The translations under genes were made by a program, and so were the position numbers. Positions 1 to 6,972 of a DNA stretch of 26,982 nt are shown here, piece after piece. Positions within the stretch are counted from its first letter, which is position 1. Each line of letters begins with the position of its first letter. The notes under the pieces were generated by a model that ran no database searches, was not told where the DNA came from, and worked only from the letters and a program-made list of their open reading frames with translations. Source of the DNA: a virus (Duplodnaviria; Caudoviricetes); the IMG/VR virus record IMGVR_UViG_3300037470_000185, positions 1-26,982 of that record; one strand, written 5' to 3'.

Positions 1-107
1 CCAAGAAGATTCTGGCTGCTGCCAGGCCCAATATGTGATTCGGGCATAACGCCAGAAATAACGGGCGGCTTTAGCCGGACACCACCAGCCGCCGAAAAGG
101 AGATTGC

Positions 108-407
108 TTGAGCCGCAAGAAACCAATTACCCCGAATAGCCAAATACGCTCCGCGCTCCGGCAGCTTTTTCTCCGCAGCCGCGAACGGGCGAAGTGCATA
201 AAAGATGCGCAGGGCACATGCTCCTGTGGAAAGAAGCAGAGCAAGGCCAAGGGGCGCGAAGTGAAGATCAACGTGCATCATGTCCACGGGATAGATTGGG
301 ATGGCCTGATTGATTTGGTGCGTGAAAGGCTACTTAGTGGAGAAATGGTGGTCAAGTGTTTGGATTGCCATGACAGGGAGCACACGGGAAAGGCCGGGCC
401 AGATTGA
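108..407 (+). CDS. HNH endonuclease-like Zn-binding protein
   Basis: TTG start after AAGGAG. Has IRSALR N-terminal motif, CSCG, VHH and CLDCHDREH, an HNH/Zn-finger pattern common in phages. Confidence 0.6.
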   Translation: MSRKKPITPNSQIRSALRQLFLRSRERAKCIKDAQGTCSCGKKQSKAKGREVKINVHHVHGIDWDGLIDLVRERLLSGEMVVKCLDCHDREHTGKAGPD

Positions 408-428
408 GGAGAACCTGACCCGGCGTGA

Positions 429-611
429 TTATCCAGCCAGGTGTAACAGATGATCCCGCAGCAAAATAATAGCCGCCGCCTGTTGCTTGGTTGGCCCCCT
501 GGTATTTTCTATCCTGTTTACTGCCTGTTGAGACATATCCAGGATTTTACCAAGCTCCACCTGTGTGAGCCGCATTTCTTTCCGAATGGCCCTGTATTCT
601 TCCCCGGTCAT
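429..611 (-). CDS. XRE-family helix-turn-helix regulator (60 aa)
   Basis: YRAIRKEMRLTQVELGKILDMSQQAVNRIE is an HTH_3 pattern. Start at 611 overlaps the stop of the upstream gene (ATGA). Confidence 0.8.
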   Translation of the reverse strand: MTGEEYRAIRKEMRLTQVELGKILDMSQQAVNRIENTRGPTKQQAAAIILLRDHLLHLAG

Positions 612-883
612 TTTGCCACCCTGGCGAACCTGGGAACAGTCTCGCAAGACAATTTGCCGGTTGCACGGTCCAGGCTCCGGTCAATCACGAAAAATACATC
701 GTGCAGAAAATCCTTATCGCTGGCGTTGAGAAGCCCGTCAAGGTCAAGCGGGCAGCCGTTACAGTGACATGCCGTGATGTACATCTGCATGGCGAGGCGG
801 TCACGATGGGCGCATTTAAGGGCGCGGTCTGCGATGAGAGAAATCAGGGCTTGCTCCTCGGGTGTAACATCGTATTTGATCAT
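608..883 (-). CDS. conserved phage hypothetical protein (DUF6874-like, from recall)
   Basis: ACHCNGCPLDLDGLL...FLHDV...DRATGKL...PRF pattern. GGAGG RBS upstream. Confidence 0.55.
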   Translation of the reverse strand: MIKYDVTPEEQALISLIADRALKCAHRDRLAMQMYITACHCNGCPLDLDGLLNASDKDFLHDVFFVIDRSLDRATGKLSCETVPRFARVAK

Positions 884-886
884 GGC

Positions 887-1435
887 CTAGTCCTCCTTGA
901 GAACATCCAGCAGCATTTTAGTTTGAGCATCCCGCGCAGCAGCCCCCGCAGCAGCCCCCGCAGCATCCCCCGCAGCAGCCCCCGCAGCAGCCCACGCAGC
1001 AGCCAGCGCAGCATCCCACGCAGCATCCCCCGCAGCAGCCCCCGCAGCAGCCCCCGCAGCATCCCCCGCAGCAGCCAGCGCAGCATCCCACGCAGCATCC
1101 CACGCAGCAGCCCCCGCAGCAGCCCACGCAGCAGCCCACGCAGCATCCCGCAATTCTTCGTTTTGAGTTGTCAGATACTCACGGACTAAAACAGGCATGT
1201 CCCACAGATCGGCAACCATCATGGCGTAATCACAGGCGAGTTTTCGTATTTCTTTGTCGCGGCCATCGACTGCGCGTAAAGACCACAGGGCATCGTCCAG
1301 GCCGTTACTATCAAGGATTGTCAGTATATCCAGCGGCTCGTCGTCCGCTTTGGTTTTGCCGAGGTGGGTAAGCAATTTCTTCCAACCATCCTCGCAGGGC
1401 GAGTGGGTGCGAATTTTATTCAGTGTTGTTTGCAT
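887..1435 (-). CDS. phage protein with (W/G/L)-(A/D)-A-A tetrapeptide repeats
   Basis: Globular N-terminus (TTLNKIR..SPC.DGW.KLL..LGKTKADDEPL), 19 tetrapeptide repeats, AAGGAGG RBS. Confidence 0.8.
   Translation of the reverse strand: MQTTLNKIRTHSPCEDGWKKLLTHLGKTKADDEPLDILTILDSNGLDDALWSLRAVDGRDKEIRKLACDYAMMVADLWDMPVLVREYLTTQNEELRDAAWAAAWAAAGAAAWDAAWDAALAAAGDAAGAAAGAAAGDAAWDAALAAAWAAAGAAAGDAAGAAAGAAARDAQTKMLLDVLKED
923..1150. repeat. 12-bp degenerate tandem repeat, 19 units (cgcagca[g/t]cc[c/a][c/a/g])
   Basis: Read directly. Encodes RDAA-WAAA-WAAA-GAAA-WDAA...RDAQ on the minus strand. Confidence 0.95.
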
Positions 1436-1438
1436 AAT

Positions 1439-1549
1439 TTACCCCTCCTTTTCAAGGTCGTTGATTGCGGAAACCACGCTGGCCAAGATAACCAACGCAG
1501 CGAAGAAAACAGCCGCGAAAACATAATACACGAAAAATTCGCACCACAT
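1439..1549 (-). CDS. small single-TM membrane protein (36 aa)
   Basis: MWCEFFVYYVFAAVFFAALVILASVVSAINDLEKEG. AGGAGGGGTAATT RBS, nearly identical to that of the next gene. Confidence 0.55.
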   Translation of the reverse strand: MWCEFFVYYVFAAVFFAALVILASVVSAINDLEKEG

Positions 1550-1551
1550 AA

Positions 1552-1695
1552 TTACCCCTCCTGATAATATGGAATACAAAAAACCTGTGCCGAGACACCG
1601 GACAGGCAGTAAGAAACGGTTTGAAACAGGCGGCCATGAAACCAGAGCGCACACAGGGAGTAGGTCTTTGTCTGGAGCTGGATTGAGAATTTCAT
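1552..1695 (-). CDS. 47-aa hypothetical or leader peptide spanning a structured element (not in the ORF track)
   Basis: AAGGAGGCCGCC-ATG, translating to MKFSIQLQTKTYSLCALWFHGRLFQTVSYCLSGVSAQVFCIPYYQEG*. Confidence 0.4.
   Translation of the reverse strand: MKFSIQLQTKTYSLCALWFHGRLFQTVSYCLSGVSAQVFCIPYYQEG
1578..1606 (-). terminator. intrinsic terminator inside the leftward operon
   Basis: Minus strand reads CCTGTCCG-gtgtct-CGG(C)ACAGG followed by TTTTTT. Confidence 0.55.
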
Positions 1696-1708
1696 GGCGG
1701 CCTCCTTG

Positions 1709-1933
1709 TCACAGGCATAGCGCGTAAACAGCGGCGCGGAACGTCTCTTTGAAGCTGTCGTTTGTTATGTACATGACTTGTATCCGCTCTACTTTTCTGA
1801 TCTCGTTTTCCATATAGGCTAAAACAAGCTCGGTTCTTTGTTCATCCGTGGCATTCATGTAGGCTTTATCCGCACCATCGGCGATGATTGCCGCCGCGAT
1901 CGACTCCGCAATTCTTTTGGCTAGGTTGTCCAT
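1709..1933 (-). CDS. hypothetical protein (74 aa)
   Basis: ATG at 1933 after AAGGAGAGACC (MDNLAKRIAESIAAA...). The longer 160-aa call overlaps the next gene. Confidence 0.6.
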   Translation of the reverse strand: MDNLAKRIAESIAAAIIADGADKAYMNATDEQRTELVLAYMENEIRKVERIQVMYITNDSFKETFRAAVYALCL

Positions 1934-1970
1934 GGTCTCTCCTTGCCCGGTATAGGCTCCGGGCTGGCCG

Positions 1971-2201
1971 TTACTGTATAAACCCGCAAGGGGAATCCAC
2001 TGCGACCATAAACCCAATCGAATGGTCATAAAACCCATCAACGGCGTCCCCCTCTTCGGTAACAAATTCTCCATCCCCAATGTACTGATAAAAGGGGCTG
2101 TCTGTGTGGTAACGCTCATAGAGTTGCTCCCCTTCCGGTTCAATTCGTTCAAAAATGGGGATATAAAACTTGCCTTCTTCAAGCTCGTCAAAAGTTTTCA
2201 T
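1971..2201 (-). CDS. small, highly acidic and aromatic-rich hypothetical protein (76 aa)
   Basis: GGGAGATAGACC-ATG. Many D/E/F/Y residues. First gene of the leftward operon. Confidence 0.65.
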   Translation of the reverse strand: MKTFDELEEGKFYIPIFERIEPEGEQLYERYHTDSPFYQYIGDGEFVTEEGDAVDGFYDHSIGFMVAVDSPCGFIQ

Positions 2202-2242
2202 GGTCTATCTCCCGGGTATGGTCAGCTATATGCCTCCCTTTG

Positions 2243-2277
2243 ATTATATTCTTACATCTATTGGGCGTTAATGTCAA
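2243..2277 (-). promoter_or_regulatory. leftward sigma70-type promoter with overlapping imperfect palindrome
   Basis: TTGACA (2277-2272), 17 bp, then TAAGAATATAAT. Imperfect inverted repeat cttacatcta...ttaatgtcaag spans it. Confidence 0.6.
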
Positions 2278-2325
2278 GCGGTAATATGAATAAATAATGA
2301 AAAAAGATTAGGGCGGCGTTTTTTC

Positions 2326-2354
2326 TTGATTTTAGGGGGTATCCGCTGTAGGAT
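2326..2354 (+). promoter_or_regulatory. rightward sigma70-type promoter
   Basis: TTGATT-17 bp-TAGGAT, divergent from the leftward promoter across an AT-rich spacer. Confidence 0.55.
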
Positions 2355-2360
2355 TATTTA

Positions 2361-2540
2361 TCGCGGTTGCAGTTGATCGGGCCGAGCATTAATTCTCGGG
2401 TACGCGGGAACCAACTATCCGCCCCCTCTGCGGACCGTGGTGCCCCGCCAGTGAGGGTGGGAAAAGGGAACGCCACCGCTTAAAGGCAATTAGCTCGTGG
2501 CGCACCATCCCGAACCAATGCGCACCTCACTGGCGGGGAT
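2361..2540 (+). ncRNA. candidate structured leader or small RNA
   Basis: Perfect 14-bp stem 2443-2456/2525-2538, inner stem cgccac/gtggcg, plus hairpins ccgag/ctcgg and tccgc/gcgga. Confidence 0.4.
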
Positions 2541-2559
2541 ATTTAAAAGGCCAAATAAC

Positions 2560-2757
2560 ATGCCAAGAGTGTGCGAGATATGCGGGAAGAGTTTGTCACG
2601 GTACAACACCGGGACAGCCTGCTATTTCCATTCGCACAACCCAGACGACCCAGAAAACATAGAACCACCTACCGCGATATGCACCAGCCGGACGTGCTAT
2701 GGTTTTGAGCAAGCGTATCAAGACTACTATGGATTTGGGAGCAATAGGGGGAGATAA
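2560..2757 (+). CDS. small Zn-finger protein (65 aa)
   Basis: MPRVCEICGKSLSRYNTGTACYFH gives CxxC...CxxH. Confidence 0.55.
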   Translation: MPRVCEICGKSLSRYNTGTACYFHSHNPDDPENIEPPTAICTSRTCYGFEQAYQDYYGFGSNRGR

Positions 2758-3089
2758 TGAAAAAGCTCGCAACATGGGTAATGCTATTCTTTACAGTGCT
2801 TTTCGGTAGTTGCTCCACGGCGGCGGCTGGAAACTGGCGGCAGGCCAACGCAACAATCGAGCGTAGCGGCTTTGATGATGTTGTCCACGCAGGGTTCGGC
2901 CTGGGCATATCGTACCTGGTGCATGAATACTCAGGGCTTACCGGTTGGCAAGCAGATGTTGCGGCGGTGGCGGCGGCTATTGCGATTGGAACGGCCAAGG
3001 AAATGACGGACAAGCACTTCGACGCTGGCGATGTGGCGGGTTATGGGATCGGCGCGGGGATTGGGTGCGTGCTGACTTGGGAGTTTTAA
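2757..3089 (+). CDS. membrane or exported protein, YfiM/DUF2279-like
   Basis: N-terminal signal or lipoprotein-like segment (MKKLATWVMLFFTVLFGSC). H...G.AKE..D....D motif among Gly/Ala-rich hydrophobic helices. Confidence 0.55.
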   Translation: MKKLATWVMLFFTVLFGSCSTAAAGNWRQANATIERSGFDDVVHAGFGLGISYLVHEYSGLTGWQADVAAVAAAIAIGTAKEMTDKHFDAGDVAGYGIGAGIGCVLTWEF

Positions 3090-3091
3090 TC

Positions 3092-3358
3092 ATGTCAGAG
3101 AATGCGGCAATAAGTTATCTCAATTCACACGGCAAGCGCGATGGGTTAACGGACAGGGCTAGGCTAGTTTTTGATAGTTGCATAAATGTCAGCCAGCTAA
3201 CCATGGCTATGAGTTATGCGAGACGGTGCGCAACAAAGCAGCAACCGCCCAAAGTTGCATATAATTGGTTTCTGGCTGTGAGTTGGGGGTGGATTTACGA
3301 GCAGGAAATGTTGTACGCATATGAGCGGGCGCGAATATGGTTGACGCGCAAGAGGTGA
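3092..3358 (+). CDS. hypothetical protein (88 aa)
   Basis: ATG at 3092 after GGGAG, directly following the upstream stop. Confidence 0.5.
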   Translation: MSENAAISYLNSHGKRDGLTDRARLVFDSCINVSQLTMAMSYARRCATKQQPPKVAYNWFLAVSWGWIYEQEMLYAYERARIWLTRKR

Positions 3359-3362
3359 AAAA

Positions 3363-3440
3363 ATGATATATCTTATCCTCCTATATTTTGTGTATCTTTG
3401 GGTGTGTCCTGATAGGACTTATAACCGGCCCCGTGTCTGA
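3363..3440 (+). CDS. possible 25-aa hydrophobic peptide
   Basis: GAGGTG RBS. MIYLILLYFVYLWVCPDRTYNRPRV*. Confidence 0.3.
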   Translation: MIYLILLYFVYLWVCPDRTYNRPRV

Positions 3441-3491
3441 CCATGCCCGAATACAAACTAGCAAAAATATTATGGCGAGTGGCGAAAATGC

Positions 3492-3520
3492 TTGCAACTT
3501 TGCTCGAAAAGGAGTATGGT
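3492..3520 (+). promoter_or_regulatory. putative late promoter
   Basis: TTGCAA-17 bp-TATGGT, upstream of the packaging genes. Confidence 0.5.
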
Positions 3521-3619
3521 TTTATCAGTTCGCAAGAAAGCTATATAGGGCATCGTAAAATAGGCAAATAAGCGCCGCGCCTGTTAGGCCCCGCGCGATA
3601 AATAACGAGTTGCGCTACC

Positions 3620-3673
3620 AAGCCCCGCTCTGCTGCTGGAACAATCCAGTGGTAGGCCGGGGCTTTTTGTTTT
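3620..3673 (+). terminator. intrinsic terminator between late promoter and terS
   Basis: About 20-bp hairpin (aagccccg..ctgctgctgga/tccagtggtag..cggggctt) with several G-U pairs, then a T-rich tract. Confidence 0.7.
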
Positions 3674-3708
3674 GGGGCAGGGCGGTAACAGACGGGCGAG
3701 GATGAGCA

Positions 3709-4218
3709 GTGGCTCCCAAGACAAAAGAACACGGCAACTCAAAGTATACCGAAGCCCTTACGATTGAGATTTGTGAGCGCATAGGCAACGGGGAGCCGCT
3801 GGCCCAGATATGCCGAGACGAGCATATGCCGCAGCTCACCACTGTTTATGATTGGCAGCACGCACACCCGGAGTTTGCCGAAAGGGTCGCGCGGGCGCGA
3901 GTTGCAGGGTTTGATATGATCGCCCAAGAGGCTTTGACTATCGCTGACACCCCCATTGTTGGGATTGTGTCTAAGTTGGGGAAGGGAGAAGCCAATAAAG
4001 ACGGCACCCCCGGCGAGTTGGTGGTGGTAGAGCAGCGGCGCGAGGACATGCTTGGCCACCGCAAGTTGCAAGTGGATACCCGGCTCAAGCTGCTGGCGTG
4101 CTGGGACCCTAGGAGGTATGGGGCCAAGGTCTCCCAGGAGATTACCGGGGCAGACGGAGGACCGCAAGAGCATAAATGGGTTGTAGAGGTGGTTTCATGT
4201 GGGGCCGATCAAAAATAG
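3709..4218 (+). CDS. terS: terminase small subunit (Sf6/P22-like)
   Basis: SKYTEALTIEICERIGNGEPLAQIC..MP..TVYDW HTH, KLQVDTRLKLLA..PRRYG, and EITGADGGP tail. Lies directly before TerL. Confidence 0.92.
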   Translation: MAPKTKEHGNSKYTEALTIEICERIGNGEPLAQICRDEHMPQLTTVYDWQHAHPEFAERVARARVAGFDMIAQEALTIADTPIVGIVSKLGKGEANKDGTPGELVVVEQRREDMLGHRKLQVDTRLKLLACWDPRRYGAKVSQEITGADGGPQEHKWVVEVVSCGADQK

Positions 4219-4294
4219 TTGCTCCATTCTATCAAAAATAAACTCAATGATTTCAACAAAAGTGTTCAAAATAGCGAGGTTTACAGCCTAACAA

Positions 4295-5749
4295 ATGCCG
4301 ACAATACAGATACCCAAAAAACTTCATCGAGTCCTGACCACCAAGGCCCGGATTATCGTATTGTTGGGCGGGCGTGGTTCGGCGAAATCTGAGAGCGCGG
4401 CGCGGATATTGTTGATGCGATGCCAAACAGAGGCGGCGGACATTCTGTGCGGACGCGAATACCAGAACAGCATAGACGATTCGGTGCATAAACTCCTCAA
4501 GGGACTGATTGGGAGAATGGGACTGGCTGGTTTTGATGTGACCGACCAGAAGATAAACTGCGGCACAGGCGGCGGGTTTCGGTTTCGTGGTTTCTCCCGC
4601 AACCCGGAGGCGGTTAAGTCGGCCCAGGATTTTAAATACGCCTGGAACGAGGAGGCGCAAACCCTCAGTCAAGAGTCAATCGACAATTTACTCCCGACGA
4701 TTCGGGCAGCTGGCAGCCAGTTGATATTTACGGCAAACCCTGGGTCAAGTGCCGACCCATTCAGTAAGCGGTTCATCGTCCCATTCTGGGCACAACTCCA
4801 GGCTGTAGGATATTACGAGGATGATATGCACCTCGTAATCATGATTAACTGGCGAGACAACCCATGGTTTCCGGCAGAGCTGGAGGCGCAGCGGCAATGG
4901 GACTTCGCTCATCTTCCCCGCGCCAAATACGATCACATTTGGGAGGGCGAGTTTAACGACTCCATAGAGGACGCCCTTATCCTGGCCGAGTGGTTTGACG
5001 CCTGCGTTGATGCCCACAAGACGCTCGGCTTTAGGCCCGAGGGGATCAGGTTTGCAGCGCATGATCCATCCGACACCGGCCCCGACAATAAGGGGTGGGC
5101 AATGCGGCACGGTTCCGTGCTGGTTGGCCTGGAAGAAATGGACCACGGAGACATAAACGAGGGGGGAGATTGGGCAACCGGGTTGGCTCTGTCTCGTGGC
5201 GTTGACGCCTTCACCTGGGACTGTGACGGGATGGGCGTTGGTCTCAACCGGCAAGTGACTACAGCATTTAACGGCAAGAACAAGATTGTTGCCATGTTCC
5301 GAGGGTCTGAGGGTGTTGATAACCCAGATGCAATTTTTGAGCCAGCCGAAAAGGCAGCGATTCAGGACCAGAAGACAAACGCCGACGCGCTGAAAAACAA
5401 ACGGGCACAATATTACCACCAGCTGCGACAACGGATTTACCGAACTTACCGCGCCGTGGAGCATAAAGAATACCACGACCCGGACACGCTGTTGTCGTTT
5501 GATGGTGGGTTGGCTTTATTGCCTAAGCTCCGCTCTGAGTTGTGCCGGATGCCGGTTAAACCGAACGGGAATGGCAAGTTTGAGTTGTACACCAAGCAGG
5601 AAATGAAATCAAAATTCAAGGTTGATAGCCCAAACCTGGGCGATCCGGTAATGATGTTGATGAGGACACCATACCAACCAGTCAACGCACAGACGGTTAA
5701 GCGCCCCCCGGTGCTCAGGCCGCACGGAACAACAGGAGCTAGGAGATAA
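4295..5749 (+). CDS. terL: terminase large subunit (PBSX/Sf6-like)
   Basis: Walker A GGRGSAKS, Walker B YAWNEEAQ, TANP coupling motif, C-terminal nuclease acidic residues (HDPSD, SPNLGD). Confidence 0.95.
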   Translation: MPTIQIPKKLHRVLTTKARIIVLLGGRGSAKSESAARILLMRCQTEAADILCGREYQNSIDDSVHKLLKGLIGRMGLAGFDVTDQKINCGTGGGFRFRGFSRNPEAVKSAQDFKYAWNEEAQTLSQESIDNLLPTIRAAGSQLIFTANPGSSADPFSKRFIVPFWAQLQAVGYYEDDMHLVIMINWRDNPWFPAELEAQRQWDFAHLPRAKYDHIWEGEFNDSIEDALILAEWFDACVDAHKTLGFRPEGIRFAAHDPSDTGPDNKGWAMRHGSVLVGLEEMDHGDINEGGDWATGLALSRGVDAFTWDCDGMGVGLNRQVTTAFNGKNKIVAMFRGSEGVDNPDAIFEPAEKAAIQDQKTNADALKNKRAQYYHQLRQRIYRTYRAVEHKEYHDPDTLLSFDGGLALLPKLRSELCRMPVKPNGNGKFELYTKQEMKSKFKVDSPNLGDPVMMLMRTPYQPVNAQTVKRPPVLRPHGTTGARR

Positions 5750-6409
5750 ATGCCTACACCACCTACCGCGCCGCAAAGATCGATACCGTTTGCTGGAGTT
5801 CTTGACTTCACGTCGTTGCCCCCCGCCGCCAATAACGCCGGGGTGATGGCGCAATGCAACCCGCTCGTTGCCGGGCAGAATTATTTCTACATGGTTTCAG
5901 ATGGGACTTACTGGAGACCCGTAGGCGGGGACCAGATACTTTATAACCTATCTGCCCAAATTGATATGGCGGTTAATAATTCGGATCAGCTTCTTGTCTC
6001 TGTCCCTCTCCCGACAGGACTGTTGCCAGACGGCAGGAGCACCATAGAAGTGGTGCAAGGATGGGATAAGCTTTTGGGAACGTCGGACACCCTAACCACG
6101 ACCACCAGAATCGGCGCCGCGAATACCACCTCAGACGCTACTGTTTTTCCACCCAGTGCTATTGCGTCAACGAATATCACGATGGGTTTTGGTCATCGGT
6201 TTGCGCGGATATCTGCTACGGAGGTGCGAAAACAGGGAAGCCCAACGGTAACCGCGTTTTCCAGTGTATCGGCAAACGTGCGAACAGCGGCGGTGACGGT
6301 AGGGAGCATGGATACAGTTACGAATTATCTGGGAATCTATGGGAGAATGACCACCGGCTCAACTGAAAAAGGCGAACTGCATGCACTGACTGTGAGGTTA
6401 ATAGGATGA
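5750..6409 (+). CDS. beta-rich putative virion protein
   Basis: AGGAG RBS. LP.A...G...SDGTYWR motif typical of phage fibre/decoration proteins. Thr/Ser-rich. Confidence 0.55.
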   Translation: MPTPPTAPQRSIPFAGVLDFTSLPPAANNAGVMAQCNPLVAGQNYFYMVSDGTYWRPVGGDQILYNLSAQIDMAVNNSDQLLVSVPLPTGLLPDGRSTIEVVQGWDKLLGTSDTLTTTTRIGAANTTSDATVFPPSAIASTNITMGFGHRFARISATEVRKQGSPTVTAFSSVSANVRTAAVTVGSMDTVTNYLGIYGRMTTGSTEKGELHALTVRLIG

Positions 6410-6441
6410 AAACGAATCTTACTCTTTTAAAGGACATGAAA

Positions 6442-6972
6442 ATGCGCAAACTTATAATCCTTGCAGTTTTGGTGATCCTGGGCACCACCTCCACAGGAAT
6501 GGCTGCCATGACTTGCGTTGATGGCAAGGCAGACGGCACCGTTAAAAACGGTATCCGATCCTCCAATGGACGGGTCGTGCGGTTATACGCAACATGCACA
6601 CACGACACAACACCAGGCACCGCCGTAGCCGCGCTAACCACCAATATGCAGGCGGCTATTAATAATGGGTTGTATGTCTACAGATTTTCAATTATCCCTG
6701 GGGCCACAGGGCCAACCGACAATAGCGACCTACAAATTTTGGATGCAGACGGGCTGACCATCGTCGCGGCAGCTGGAAATGGCGCGAATGTAATTGATAA
6801 CACAGCAAAAACAAGCGTGATTTATGGAGATGGACCCACGCCGGGAAGCACCAACCTTTACCCTTTAGGTGATGGCACTGCGTGGGCAATCACCGTCACA
6901 AACAACGCGGTAAATAACAGCTCGTGGACGCTGGTAATGCAGGCGACCAGAGAAGGTGGGGATAACCGGTAA
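6442..6972 (+). CDS. signal-peptide-bearing beta-rich protein (176 aa)
   Basis: AAGGA RBS 7 nt before ATG 6442. MRKLIILAVLVILGTTSTGMA|AMTC signal peptide. Stop overlaps the portal start (TAATG). Confidence 0.7.
   Translation: MRKLIILAVLVILGTTSTGMAAMTCVDGKADGTVKNGIRSSNGRVVRLYATCTHDTTPGTAVAALTTNMQAAINNGLYVYRFSIIPGATGPTDNSDLQILDADGLTIVAAAGNGANVIDNTAKTSVIYGDGPTPGSTNLYPLGDGTAWAITVTNNAVNNSSWTLVMQATREGGDNR

Noticed and set aside
923-1150. CRISPR array or DGR variable region
   Set aside because: Units are contiguous with no spacers, and there is no cas gene, reverse transcriptase or template/variable repeat pair in the window.
701-1189. Overlapping repeat ORFs (PRSS-rich 701..1189, LLRG 880..1146, Cys-rich metallothionein-like 918..1139)
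   Set aside because: The 12-bp repeat has no stops in several frames. Only 887..1435 has an RBS, a globular domain and an operon fit.
2362-2426. tRNA gene
   Set aside because: There is no TTC T-loop or canonical cloverleaf spacing. Kept only as a generic structured RNA candidate.
3709-4294. pac site
   Set aside because: Expected in or near terS for headful packagers, but no sequence can be singled out without read-coverage data.
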